Positions 50,753 through 63,630 of a stretch of 64,000 nt of DNA are shown here, in pieces. Position 1 is the first letter of the stretch; the number at the start of each line of letters is the position of its first letter. Made by a program: the position numbers and the translations under genes. The notes beneath the pieces are model-generated. The model was not told the origin of the DNA. It did no database searches and saw nothing but the letters and a program-made list of their open reading frames with translations. Source of the stretch: Candidatus Eremiobacteria bacterium (lineage in GTDB: Bacteria; Vulcanimicrobiota; Vulcanimicrobiia; Vulcanimicrobiales; Vulcanimicrobiaceae); contig CAVTRC010000001.1 in assembly GCA_963737065.1 (NCBI GenBank), positions 1,888,001 to 1,952,000 on the forward strand. Reading direction: 5' to 3'.

Positions 50753-52786
50753 GTGTACTTGATCCGTCTTGATAGCCGGACGCGCTATGCTGCGTTCATC
50801 CTCGTCCTTGCACTCCTCGCTAGTCTCGTGGTCGGTGTCTTTAGAATCAAAACGGAGAGTGACGCCAATCGGGTGGAGCTCGCCATGGACTTCGCCGACT
50901 TTGTCTCCACCGCACGATCGTACAACTATACGCCGGCAGCGTTTTTGATCGCGTTGCGCCGCGCCGGTCTCACGTCGCTTGCGCTCAGCGAAGAGCTCGG
51001 CGGCAACATCGGCGCCAACGGACTTGCGTACGCGACGACGGGTGCGTCGCTACTGAATCAGTCGCGACTTTCTCCGCTTTCCGATCCGTTGCTGCAAACG
51101 CTCGCGCGTACCAACAGACTCTCCCGTGATGCGGTGTACATCATCGTGTACGACCGCGCGACCTACGATCGCTATCGGCGACAGTTGCCGTTGCATTTCG
51201 AACCGAAGACGATCCGCGTACTGCGTGCGAGTAAGCCATGGATCATCGAAGTGCGAACGCAGATCGATTATTTCAATAACATCGGTTTAGGCATCCCCGC
51301 CGATCAGCTCGAGCTTGCGAAGCGGTTGAACTTGCTCGTTGTGGCGCGTTTTCAAAATGACGAACGATTCATGAAACCGGAGATGGAGGCGGAATTCAGC
51401 GACGCGGTCGCATCGGGCGCGCGAATTTCCGACGTCGTGTTCTTTGGACTCGGCAACGAAGTCTTTGGCTATCCGGATCACTTGACCGACGCGGCGGACG
51501 CGTTCCGCGAGCACTTCACGAACTCGGCGCACCCGTTTAACTTCGGCTCCATCGAGACGTACGACGTGTCGCAGGTGCAGAAAGGGAACGATACGCTCGC
51601 GCGGCTGATCCCCGGGCAAACGGTGCGCGTGCAGGCCGTGATTAGAAGCGATTACGACAAGATCAAACTCGACGAGCTGATCGGCCGATTCGTGCTCGGC
51701 GTGCGCGAACGAAACGTTCGCCTCGTCTACCTGCGCCCGTGGACGCACCGGGAAGGCAATTTGTCGATCGAAGCGACGAACATCAAGATGGTGAAGGACC
51801 TTGCGGATGAGTTGAAGTCCCACGGCATTCTTCTTGGCCGCGCCACGCCGATTCCGGGATATCGCGGAAACAATGCGATTCTCGTCGGTATCGCGACGCT
51901 CGCCGTTCCGTCGATTTTTGTCTTGCTGCTCGCGTGGTTCGGCGCGTACCGTCCCGCGTGGGCGATTGCGGCGTACGCGGCAACGATAGTGCTCTATCTT
52001 GCCGGATATATTTCGCATCACGAGATGTTCGCGCGCTCGGTCATTGCGCTTGTCGGTGCGTTGCTCTTCGCCGCCGCCGCCTTTGCGGTGATTGCGCCGT
52101 CGTTCTCCGAAGAGCCGGCTCGCCGGTTCGGCGATCAGCTCGTGCGCAGTGTCGGATGGACGGTGCTCGCGACAGTCGTCGCGCTGCTCGGTGCGCTGAT
52201 CGTCGTCGGCATCATGAGTTCACCGCTGACGATGGAAGAGATCGAGCGCTTCCGCGGCGTTCGCGTCCTGTACGTGCTGACGCCGCTGATCGCGCTTTGC
52301 ATGTATCTCTTCACCAACCGGTATAATGCCGCAGCCAGCGCGCGTCAGGTGTTCGGTGCGCCGATCGCGCTCTACCAATTGCTCGTCGGCATCATCGTCA
52401 TCGCGGCCGGTGCGTTGCTCGTCATGCGGAGCGGAAACACGAGCGACGTGCAGCCGTCCAACATCGAACTCGCCATGCGCCACGTGCTCGCGCACGTGCT
52501 GAGCGTCCGTCCGCGCACGAAAGAGTTTCTCGTCGGTGCGCCGCTACTGATGTTGACGCCCGCGCTCTTCATACCGCATCGTCGTTGGGTAGGCTGGCTG
52601 CTCGCGCTCGGAATCGGCGTCGGCATCGGCGACGTGATCGACACGTTCTCGCATCTGCATACTCCGCTCGTCATCTCACTGCAGCGAATCGGAAACGGTG
52701 TCGTGATCGGCGCGCTCGTCGGAATTCTCGCGATTTGGATCTATCGCCGTGCGTGTATTGCTCTCGGGCTACTACGGGTTCGGTAA
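50753..52786 (+). CDS. DUF5693-like membrane protein (CsaB-associated)
   Basis: ERNVR..YLRP, FRGV, VRPRTKEF..G.P, TFSHLHTP motifs; upstream of csaB. Confidence 0.75.
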   Translation: MYLIRLDSRTRYAAFILVLALLASLVVGVFRIKTESDANRVELAMDFADFVSTARSYNYTPAAFLIALRRAGLTSLALSEELGGNIGANGLAYATTGASLLNQSRLSPLSDPLLQTLARTNRLSRDAVYIIVYDRATYDRYRRQLPLHFEPKTIRVLRASKPWIIEVRTQIDYFNNIGLGIPADQLELAKRLNLLVVARFQNDERFMKPEMEAEFSDAVASGARISDVVFFGLGNEVFGYPDHLTDAADAFREHFTNSAHPFNFGSIETYDVSQVQKGNDTLARLIPGQTVRVQAVIRSDYDKIKLDELIGRFVLGVRERNVRLVYLRPWTHREGNLSIEATNIKMVKDLADELKSHGILLGRATPIPGYRGNNAILVGIATLAVPSIFVLLLAWFGAYRPAWAIAAYAATIVLYLAGYISHHEMFARSVIALVGALLFAAAAFAVIAPSFSEEPARRFGDQLVRSVGWTVLATVVALLGALIVVGIMSSPLTMEEIERFRGVRVLYVLTPLIALCMYLFTNRYNAAASARQVFGAPIALYQLLVGIIVIAAGALLVMRSGNTSDVQPSNIELAMRHVLAHVLSVRPRTKEFLVGAPLLMLTPALFIPHRRWVGWLLALGIGVGIGDVIDTFSHLHTPLVISLQRIGNGVVIGALVGILAIWIYRRACIALGLLRVR

Positions 52787-53831
52787 TCTCGGGGACGAGG
52801 CACTCCTCGAAGTGATCGTCAAAGAGCTGCGCGCGCGCTTTCCGTCGTGGGATGTTGAAGTGCTTCGCGCGTCACCCGAGCAAACGAGCACGCACCTCGG
52901 CGTTGCTGCAACGCCGCGCTGGAACATGAGCGACGTGCACGAGGCAATCCGCCGGGCCGACGTGGTGCTTTCGGGCGGAGGCGGACTGCTGCAGAGTTCG
53001 ACGAGCTTGCGAAGCGTGGTGTATTATGCGGGCATCCTTCGGCAAGCAATTCGTCTGAAACGAAAGACGATGATCTTCGCACAATCGGTTGGACCGCTCG
53101 ACTCGCTCGGACAATTCGTCGTGCGTTCGCTCTGTAAGGGCGTCACGTGCGCGACCGTGCGCGACGGACGTTCGAAGGAGTTGTTGAGTCGATTGCTTCC
53201 GGGGACGCCGGTCGAGCAAACGGCGGATCCGGTATTTCTCTACGATCTCGACGTTGAAGAAGTCGATCTCGCGCGCGAGGGACTCAACCGCACGCCGTAT
53301 GCCATCTTTAGCGTCCGGAAGGTCAGCACGCTAAAGGAAGGCGTTGCAATGTTGGCGCGCGTTGCCGATCGGCTTGCCGACAAACACGGCGTCCGCGTCG
53401 CGTTTCTGCCGCTCGGCGGCGCATCGGACGCCGAAGTTTCGACAACGGTCATTCGCGCATGCAAGAGCGCGCCGATGTTGTTGCCGGAGTGCCCGCTGGA
53501 GCGTGCAGCGGCGATTATTCGCGGCGCGCGGGTCGTCGTAGGAATGCGCTTGCATGCGTTGATCCTCGCCGCGCGATTCGGTGTGCCGTTTCTTGCGATC
53601 CCCTACGACCCGAAAGTCGCCGCGCTCCTAGCCGATCTTGCGTATCCGCTGTCGCCGCTGTGGGTTCCGGGCAAGGGCGCGCCCGATACGGCAACTGCCG
53701 ATGGCCTCGTGGACCGTCTGATGTCGCAGCGCGATCAGTTGTCCGCGTTGCTCGGCGCGAAGGCCGCCGACGTTCGTGCATCGGCGGCACGAAATTTCGA
53801 CGTCCTCGACGAACTCATGCGCGAGCCATGA
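52749..53831 (+). CDS. csaB: Polysaccharide pyruvyl transferase
   Basis: SGYYGFGNLGDEA, SGGGGLLQ..TS..S..YY, VRD, GMRLH, YDPKV. Confidence 0.92.
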   Translation: MRVLLSGYYGFGNLGDEALLEVIVKELRARFPSWDVEVLRASPEQTSTHLGVAATPRWNMSDVHEAIRRADVVLSGGGGLLQSSTSLRSVVYYAGILRQAIRLKRKTMIFAQSVGPLDSLGQFVVRSLCKGVTCATVRDGRSKELLSRLLPGTPVEQTADPVFLYDLDVEEVDLAREGLNRTPYAIFSVRKVSTLKEGVAMLARVADRLADKHGVRVAFLPLGGASDAEVSTTVIRACKSAPMLLPECPLERAAAIIRGARVVVGMRLHALILAARFGVPFLAIPYDPKVAALLADLAYPLSPLWVPGKGAPDTATADGLVDRLMSQRDQLSALLGAKAADVRASAARNFDVLDELMREP

Positions 53832-56617
53832 GCGAAACCGTCGAACGCGATTACCGCGAGACCCTTCTTCTGGGTAACACCGCCTTTCCGATGCGTGCAG
53901 AGCTGCCGAAGCGTGAGCCGGCCCGCGTCGAGTGGTGGAACGAGCATGACACGTATCGGCGGCGTTTGGAAGGCAACCGTAAGAACGGTCCGTGGATCCT
54001 GCACGACGGTCCGCCGTATGCAAACGGCGAGCTCCACATGGGCCACTTCCTGAACATGGTGTTGAAGGACATGTTCGTAAAGATCGCGTTGCTGGAAGGC
54101 AAATGGGCCGAGTTCGTTCCGGGTTGGGACATGCATGGACTTCCGATCGAACTCGAGACGCTCAAGCATTTAGGGATCAAAGATTTCCACGAAATCGATC
54201 CGCTGGAACTGCGCGAGAAATGCAAAGAGCGCGCGCTCTATTGGCTCGACCGGCAGCGCGCGACGCGCGTGCGCATGGGGAACTTCGGCGAATGGGAGCA
54301 TCCGTACCGTACGATCGATCCGAGCTTCGAAGCAACGATCGTCGAAGCGCTTGGTGATCTCGCGGAATCGAATCAAATCTATAAGGGACTTCGTTCCACG
54401 TTATGGTGCGTGCACGATGAAACGGCGCTCGCCGAAGCGGAGATCGAGTACGAACCAAAAATGTCGCCGTCGATCTACGTACGGTTTAGCGCGAACGGCG
54501 AGCAACGCGAACAAATTCTGGAAAAGTTCCATGTCACGCGCAGCTCGTCGAAAAGCGAGCGCCTCTCGGTTCTGATCTGGACCACGACGCCGTGGACGCT
54601 GCCGGCGAACGTTGCGATCGCGTTGCGCGCCGATGCGACGTATGGATTGTATCGCGTCGGCGGTGAACTGCTCGTCGTGGCAACCGCGCTCGCCGAATCG
54701 GCACTCGGCGATGCGTACTCGGGCGCGGAATTGATTGCAACGACGGCCGGTGGCGAACTCGACAATCTCGCCGTGCGGCACCCGTTCCTCGATCGCGATT
54801 CGATCGTCGTGCTCGCGGATTACGTCGAGATGGAGACGGGAACGGGTGCGGTGCATACCGCGCCGGGACACGGCGCGGACGACTTCGACACCGGCATCAA
54901 ATATGGGCTGCCGATTCTCAATCCGGTCGATGCGCGCGGCGTTTTCACGAGCGAAGCTGGACCCTACGCCGGGCAGTTCATCTTCAAAGCGAATAAAAAC
55001 ATCATCGCGGACCTCGAAGCGAGCGCGCAGCTCTGGCGCGCGGAAGAATACGAACATTCGTATCCGCACTGCTGGCGCTGTCACAATCCGGTGATTTTCC
55101 GTGCGACCGCGCAATGGTTCATCGCGATGGATCAAAACCGTTTGCGAGCGCGCACGATCGAAGCGGCGGAAGGGGTCAATTACACGCCGGATTGGGGCGA
55201 GCATCGCATGGTGCAAATGCTGGAGAATCACCCGGAGTGGTGTATCTCGCGCCAGCGCACCTGGGGAACGCCGATTCCCGCGGTCGCGTGTGTCGCGTGT
55301 CTTCAGTCGATCGTCGATCCGCGCGTCGCGCGTATCGCGGCAGATCGCTTTCGTGAAGCGGGCGCAAGCGTCTGGTGGAGCGACCCCGTCGACCTCTATT
55401 TGCCGTTGGGATTCACGTGTCCGAACTGCGGCGGCACCGCGTTCGAAAAAGAGAACAACATCGTCGATATTTGGTTCGAATCGGGCGTTACACACCTCGC
55501 CGTGTTGCACGATGACATTCCTTGGCCGAGCGACGTCGTGCTCGAAGGCGGCGATCAATACCGCGGATGGTTTCGCAGTTCCATTCTGACGGCGGTTGCC
55601 GTCAACGGTGAAGCGCCGTATAAACACGTCGTGAAGAACGGCTGGGTCAACGACGAACAAGGGCGCCCCATGTCGAAGTCGCGCGGTACCGGGATCGACG
55701 CGAACGATGCAATGGGCAGGTGGGGCGCCGACGTCCTGCGGCTCTGGGCTGCTTCCGTCGAGTTCGTCGACGACGTGCGGTTTGGGCCGAACGTGATCGA
55801 ACAAGTCGGACGCGTCTACCGCAATATTCGCAACCGCATTCGCTTCTTTCTGTTGAACGTCGACGGGTTGAGTGCCGCGGCAATCGTGCCGCGTGAACGC
55901 ATGCAACCGATCGATGCGATGGCGTGCAATATCGTCGACGCCTTCGTCGCCGATGTGAAAAAATTCTACGATGCGTTCGGCATCCACGATGCGTATTTGC
56001 GCATCATCGAGTTCGAAAGTGTGATGTCGAGCCTCTACTTCGACGCGTTGAAGGACCCGCTCTATACGCTTGCCGAGGACGATCCGCGTCGCCGCAGCGC
56101 GCAGTCTGCGTTGCTCTATGCGCTCAAGCATTTCCTCACCGCGATTGCGCCGGTGCTTTCGTTCACCGCAGAAGAAGCGTGGCAAGAAATCCCGTCCGCG
56201 TTGCGCGGCTCGGAAACAAGCGTTTTCGAGAGCGTCTTGCCGGCGCAGGACGCGAGCGGCAAGGCGTTCGAGCATGACGTCGAGACGTGGGACTTGCTGC
56301 GCGAGCTTCGCGCGAAGGTTGCCGAAGGCGTCAAAACGGCGGACGGCGATATTCGCAACTACGAAACGTCCGCCACGGTCGACGTGCCGGCGCGTTTCGT
56401 TCCGGCGCTTACGAAATTGGGTGATAATCTGCGCGAAGCACTCGGCGTCTCGCAGGTCAACGGGATCGAAAGCATCACCGGCAACGATGCCGGCGTTCGC
56501 TTACAGCCGGCGCACGGCGAGCGATGCAAGCGTTGCTGGAAATATCGCGAGCTGGGTCTCGATCCGCAACACCCGTCCATCTGCGAGCAGTGCGCAACGG
56601 TCGTGCGTTCGCTCTAA
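53828..56617 (+). CDS. ileS: Isoleucyl-tRNA synthetase (type 1)
   Basis: HDGPPYANG.LHMGH, WTTTPWTLP, WCISRQR, PMSKS, C-terminal CxRCW..CxxC; ATG 53828. Confidence 0.97.
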   Translation: MSETVERDYRETLLLGNTAFPMRAELPKREPARVEWWNEHDTYRRRLEGNRKNGPWILHDGPPYANGELHMGHFLNMVLKDMFVKIALLEGKWAEFVPGWDMHGLPIELETLKHLGIKDFHEIDPLELREKCKERALYWLDRQRATRVRMGNFGEWEHPYRTIDPSFEATIVEALGDLAESNQIYKGLRSTLWCVHDETALAEAEIEYEPKMSPSIYVRFSANGEQREQILEKFHVTRSSSKSERLSVLIWTTTPWTLPANVAIALRADATYGLYRVGGELLVVATALAESALGDAYSGAELIATTAGGELDNLAVRHPFLDRDSIVVLADYVEMETGTGAVHTAPGHGADDFDTGIKYGLPILNPVDARGVFTSEAGPYAGQFIFKANKNIIADLEASAQLWRAEEYEHSYPHCWRCHNPVIFRATAQWFIAMDQNRLRARTIEAAEGVNYTPDWGEHRMVQMLENHPEWCISRQRTWGTPIPAVACVACLQSIVDPRVARIAADRFREAGASVWWSDPVDLYLPLGFTCPNCGGTAFEKENNIVDIWFESGVTHLAVLHDDIPWPSDVVLEGGDQYRGWFRSSILTAVAVNGEAPYKHVVKNGWVNDEQGRPMSKSRGTGIDANDAMGRWGADVLRLWAASVEFVDDVRFGPNVIEQVGRVYRNIRNRIRFFLLNVDGLSAAAIVPRERMQPIDAMACNIVDAFVADVKKFYDAFGIHDAYLRIIEFESVMSSLYFDALKDPLYTLAEDDPRRRSAQSALLYALKHFLTAIAPVLSFTAEEAWQEIPSALRGSETSVFESVLPAQDASGKAFEHDVETWDLLRELRAKVAEGVKTADGDIRNYETSATVDVPARFVPALTKLGDNLREALGVSQVNGIESITGNDAGVRLQPAHGERCKRCWKYRELGLDPQHPSICEQCATVVRSL

Positions 56618-56624
56618 AGCTCTC

Positions 56625-57512
56625 ATGAAGATCGGGATCATCGGCTTAGGAGAGATGGGCGGTGCAATGATGGACCGCTTGTTGCTCGCGGGTTCGCACG
56701 CATACGGCTACAATCGGACGAAGAAAAAAGCGGCGCCGTACGTCGAGAAGGGGATGAAGCTGCTCGACTCGCCGTGTGAGGTCGCGCGCGCGTGCGACAT
56801 CGTCCTGACGATCGTAACGAACGCGCAGGCGCTGCACGCGGTCGCCGATGGCGAGAACGGCATAGTTGCGGGGCTCTCGCGCGGCAAGTACTGGATCGAG
56901 ATGAGCACGATCTCGCCCGGTTCCATTCGCGAACTTGCGAAGCGCGTTGAACCGACGGGAGCAATACTGCTCGACTCCGCCGTGCTGGGAAGCCGCTTGA
57001 CGGTCGAACAAGGCCATCTCCTCATCATGCTGGGCGGCCCACAAGATGCGTGCGAACGCGTCGAGGATTCGCTCAAGGCCATCGGGCCGAACGTCCGTCG
57101 TATCGGCGAGATCGGGCACGCGAAGGTGATGAAGCTTGCGCTCAATCTCGCAATGCCGGTTCAAATCCTCGCGCTGAGCGAAGGCGTCATTCTCGCTGAG
57201 AAAAACGGGATCGACCGCAAGGCGGCGCTCGAGATAATGCTCGGCGGCGCGGTTGCATCGCCGATGCTGAAGTACCGTGCGCCGTTCATCCTGAACATGC
57301 CGGAGAAAGCCTGGTTCGACGTTGGCATGATGCAAAAAGACGTTATGCTCGCGCTCGAACTGGCACGCGAATCAGCCGTGCCGCTACCAACAACGTCCGT
57401 TGCGAACGAGTTCTTGACGAGCACCAAAGCGATCGGGCTTGGAGACCGCGATTTCGCCGCCTTGTTCTATGCGCTTGCAACAATGGCCGGCGTCGACGCG
57501 ACGGTTCGCTAA
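56625..57512 (+). CDS. NAD(P)-dependent beta-hydroxyacid dehydrogenase family
   Basis: IGLGEMG, YNRT, MSTISP, KL..N, KD..L. Confidence 0.88.
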   Translation: MKIGIIGLGEMGGAMMDRLLLAGSHAYGYNRTKKKAAPYVEKGMKLLDSPCEVARACDIVLTIVTNAQALHAVADGENGIVAGLSRGKYWIEMSTISPGSIRELAKRVEPTGAILLDSAVLGSRLTVEQGHLLIMLGGPQDACERVEDSLKAIGPNVRRIGEIGHAKVMKLALNLAMPVQILALSEGVILAEKNGIDRKAALEIMLGGAVASPMLKYRAPFILNMPEKAWFDVGMMQKDVMLALELARESAVPLPTTSVANEFLTSTKAIGLGDRDFAALFYALATMAGVDATVR

Positions 57513-57558
57513 AAACCAAACAACGTCAATCGAGCAAAAGCGTCGGTCCGCGGAGTGC

Positions 57559-60346
<2,788 letters not shown>

Positions 60347-60372
<26 letters not shown>

Positions 60373-60826
60373 GGCTCGAGAGCAGCAGGAGAATGACGCC
60401 GCACGTGATGCACGAATCCCCGACGTTGAAAATGTTCGGCCAGATTCGGTAAAAGTCGATGAAGTCGACGACGTACCCGAGATGCACGCGATCGACGATA
60501 TTCCCGATCGCGCCGCCGACGATCATGCCGAACGCAACGCATACGAGGCGCGAGCGCGCTGCTTGTTCGCGAAAGCTGACCCAAAAGATTAGCAGCACGA
60601 CGATCGCCATGATAATCAGCAGCACGCCGTTGTTCCCGAAGAGCCCGAACGCGCCGTGCGTGTTGCGCTCGTACGTCCACTTCAACAGATTCGGAACGAC
60701 GATGACGCTGTCGGGATACTGCATATGCGTCGTGACGAAATGCTTCGTGTACTGATCGGCCGCAAACGCAAGAACGGCGGCAATCAGAATCCACGCATTC
60801 GCGTTAAAGGTTCGGTGTCGGGACAA
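60347..60826 (-). CDS. lspA: Lipoprotein signal peptidase II (start approximate)
   Basis: DQ.TK, N..GAFG, GGAIGN..DR, VVDF, FNVGD. Confidence 0.93.
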
Positions 60827-61538
60827 ATTGGTAGAACCATCCTGCGACGGTAAGAAATGCATTGTTGACGAGGACGAGCCCCACCGCCACCAAGAAAACT
60901 CCGGCCGCGAATTCAATCGCCGGCAAGAACCGCTTGATGCGGTTGAGGACCGGCAGCACCACTCCGATCGCAACTGCGGTCAGGAAGAACGGCACGGCCA
61001 ATCCCAGGGAATAGACGAGCAGCAAAAATGCCGCCTGGGCGTTGTGCTGCTGCGACGCAATTGCCAGAATTCCCGCCAAAATCGGGCCGATACAGGGCGA
61101 CCACCCGGCGGCGAATGCTATGCCGACGAGTGCGGACGTCCAATACGTGCGCTGCTCGCGCTGCAGATGCACGCGGGTGTCCATCATCAGAAACGGGATT
61201 CGAAGCACACCCATCATCTGCAGACCGAGGATGACGACGATGCACCCGCCGATCTCCGCGATGAACAGACGGTTTGCGTTGAGGATACCGCCGATCGCGC
61301 TCGCGGTGAGTCCGAGTGCCACGAAAACGACGGTAAAGCCGATGATGAATGCAATCGCGTGCGCCATCGCAACCGTACGCATCTGCGCGCGCGTCTCTTG
61401 CGCCTGCAAGTCTTCCAGGCTGGACCCGGTAAGCAGCGAGAGATACGCGGGAACCAACGGGAGGACGCATGGAGAGACGAAGGAAACGAGGCCCGCTAGG
61501 AAGGCAATGCCCACGGTAACGTGCGTGGTCGTGTTCAT
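60804..61538 (-). CDS. ccdA: Cytochrome c biogenesis / DsbD-like protein
   Basis: SF.SPCVLPLVPAY and GWSPCIGPIL, YSLGL.VPF. Confidence 0.92.
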   Translation of the reverse strand: MNTTTHVTVGIAFLAGLVSFVSPCVLPLVPAYLSLLTGSSLEDLQAQETRAQMRTVAMAHAIAFIIGFTVVFVALGLTASAIGGILNANRLFIAEIGGCIVVILGLQMMGVLRIPFLMMDTRVHLQREQRTYWTSALVGIAFAAGWSPCIGPILAGILAIASQQHNAQAAFLLLVYSLGLAVPFFLTAVAIGVVLPVLNRIKRFLPAIEFAAGVFLVAVGLVLVNNAFLTVAGWFYQFVPTPNL

Positions 61539-61576
61539 CGTGTCAGGCTACTTCTCAACCATTAAAGAAACTCTCG

Positions 61577-62458
61577 ATGCAGCATTGGTTTAACTATCCG
61601 ACAAATGTCGACCCCGTAGCGATCCACATCGGCCGATGGGGCATCCACTGGTACGGCATTGCGTATCTGCTCGGATTTGTTGCCGTGTATCTGTGGATGA
61701 GCCGCCCCGCGGGCCGCCGCCGGCTCGGATTGACCAAAGAGCAGATCCAAGATTTCCTTTTCTACGCGCTCGTCGGCGTGCTGATCGGTGGCCGGACGTT
61801 CTTCGTCATCAACGACATCATCTCCAAGCACGACGTTTCGACATACACGAGCAATCCGATCAATTTCATCGCCGTGTGGAACGGCGGCATGGCCTTCCAC
61901 GGCGGCATGATCGGCGTACTCGTCGCAATCTGGCTCTTCGTGCGCAAGCATCCCGGCCTCGCGTACACCGTGCTTGGCGATGAAGTCGTCGTGCTCTTAC
62001 CCGTCGGCATCACGCTTACCCGCATCGTCAACTTCATCAATGACGAATTGTGGGGCGATATCTGCAATCCCGACCGCCCCTGGTGCATCGTGCCAAACCG
62101 GCCGGGCGACGGCGAGCTATGGGGAACGGCATATCGCCACCCCGCGCAACTGTACGAAGCGATCCTCGACATCCTCACGCTGCCGATTCTCTTGCTGATC
62201 TACCGGCGTAGGCCGCCCGACGGGGTCGTCGGATGGAGCTGGTTTACGATGTACGGCATCACGCGCAGCGTCGCGGAGATCTGGCGTCACGCAGACTTCA
62301 CGTGGCATGGGATCACGGGCGGTCAGCTCTACGCGCTGCCTATGATCCCGGTCGGCATCGCCGGCATCGTGTACTGTACGCGCCGCGCGAGGCGCACGGA
62401 GGTCACGCAGACGACTGCCGCTCGAGGGCCCGTTCACACATCGTCGCGCGGCACGTAA
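61577..62458 (+). CDS. lgt: Prolipoprotein diacylglyceryl transferase
   Basis: HWYG, GGMAFHGG, R..NF.N.ELWG, HP.QLYE. Confidence 0.94.
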   Translation: MQHWFNYPTNVDPVAIHIGRWGIHWYGIAYLLGFVAVYLWMSRPAGRRRLGLTKEQIQDFLFYALVGVLIGGRTFFVINDIISKHDVSTYTSNPINFIAVWNGGMAFHGGMIGVLVAIWLFVRKHPGLAYTVLGDEVVVLLPVGITLTRIVNFINDELWGDICNPDRPWCIVPNRPGDGELWGTAYRHPAQLYEAILDILTLPILLLIYRRRPPDGVVGWSWFTMYGITRSVAEIWRHADFTWHGITGGQLYALPMIPVGIAGIVYCTRRARRTEVTQTTAARGPVHTSSRGT

Positions 62459-62462
62459 AAGC

Positions 62463-63173
62463 GTGATCTCGACGATTGCGACTCGGCTGGGGGCGTTGCG
62501 GTGTGAGATCGACGAGGAGCTTGGTGCATGCGGGCGCGCGCCGGAGAGCGTAACGATTCTCGGCGTGAGCAAAAAACAGCCGGCTGAAGCGATCGTCGAA
62601 GCGGCGCGCGCGGGCCTCCACGCGATCGGCGAAAACTACGTACAAGAAGCGCGAGCAAAGTTTGCGTTCCTTCGACAAGCGCAGGATGGCGGTGCTGCCG
62701 CAGACGAGGGTGCGGGATTGCAGAAGCATTTCATCGGACACGTGCAGACCAATAAGGCGAAAGCGATTGCGGAGCTCTTCGATGTCGTGCAAAGCGTGGA
62801 TCGTGCCGATGCGGCACGCGCACTCGGCTCGGCGGCCGAAAAACTCGGCAAACGGCTCAGCGTGCTCGTTCAGCTCAACGTCTCGCCTGCGGAGCGCTTC
62901 GGCGCCCTTCCCGAGGACGCGCCGCGCGTGGCAGAGGCGATTTCTGCCGAACCCGCCTTAGCGCTCGACGGTGTGATGGCGATCGGTCCGATTACGAGCG
63001 ACCATGACGAAATCTCGCGCGCATTTGCGCTTGCTGCAAAGACGTTTGCGTTGATAGGTGGAAGAACGCTATCAATCGGCATGTCGGGAGACTGGCGCGA
63101 GGCCGTGCGGGCCGGCTCCACGATGGTGCGCATCGGTACGGCGCTCTTCGGTGAACGCCGCTACGACACGTAA
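62463..63173 (+). CDS. yggS: PLP homeostasis protein
   Basis: VSK, GENYVQE, HFIG..QTNK, LS.GMSGD, G.TMVRIGT.LFG.R. Confidence 0.93.
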   Translation: MISTIATRLGALRCEIDEELGACGRAPESVTILGVSKKQPAEAIVEAARAGLHAIGENYVQEARAKFAFLRQAQDGGAAADEGAGLQKHFIGHVQTNKAKAIAELFDVVQSVDRADAARALGSAAEKLGKRLSVLVQLNVSPAERFGALPEDAPRVAEAISAEPALALDGVMAIGPITSDHDEISRAFALAAKTFALIGGRTLSIGMSGDWREAVRAGSTMVRIGTALFGERRYDT

Positions 63174-63195
63174 AGTAGGGAGGGCGCGAACGCCC

Positions 63196-63612
63196 ATGAG
63201 TATGCTTAACAAGATTGGATCGTTCTTCTCGATCCGTGATGAGGAGGACGAACTCTACGATGACGAACCGGTCGCACCGGGTCGCGTGGTTCCACTGAGC
63301 AACGCGGGACGCCGTGCCGGCACGGAAGTCAGCGTCTATTCGCCGCGCAACTTTCAAGACGTCGTCGAGATCGCCGACGCATTGCGCAATCGCCAGGTCT
63401 GTATCGTCAATCTGCAAAACGCCGATCGAACCTTGCTCCAACGCGTCGTCGATTTTACGTCCGGCGTCGCATACACGATCGACGGCAAGATTCAAAAGCT
63501 TGCCGAAGCAATTTATCTCGTCGTCCCCGCGGGTGTGGTCGTGAACGCGGCAGGGCTGCGCGACACGATGTCGGCGGACGGCACGCTCGATTTCATGGCA
63601 AACCGCGGGTAA
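63196..63612 (+). CDS. sepF: Cell division protein SepF
   Basis: N-terminal amphipathic helix, P..F.D...IAD.L......VNL, R.VDF.SG..Y..DG. Confidence 0.93.
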   Translation: MSMLNKIGSFFSIRDEEDELYDDEPVAPGRVVPLSNAGRRAGTEVSVYSPRNFQDVVEIADALRNRQVCIVNLQNADRTLLQRVVDFTSGVAYTIDGKIQKLAEAIYLVVPAGVVVNAAGLRDTMSADGTLDFMANRG

Positions 63613-63630
63613 TGCCCGGTAGGGGTCTAC

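Noticed and set aside
50628..50762. 44-codon ORF through the structured leader
   Set aside because: No clear RBS, no run of regulatory codons (only two scattered Ile), and it runs through the terminator
54401..56275. 624-aa antisense ORF, and many similar long shadow ORFs
   Set aside because: Mirror frames of well-supported genes (here ileS), expected in GC-rich DNA
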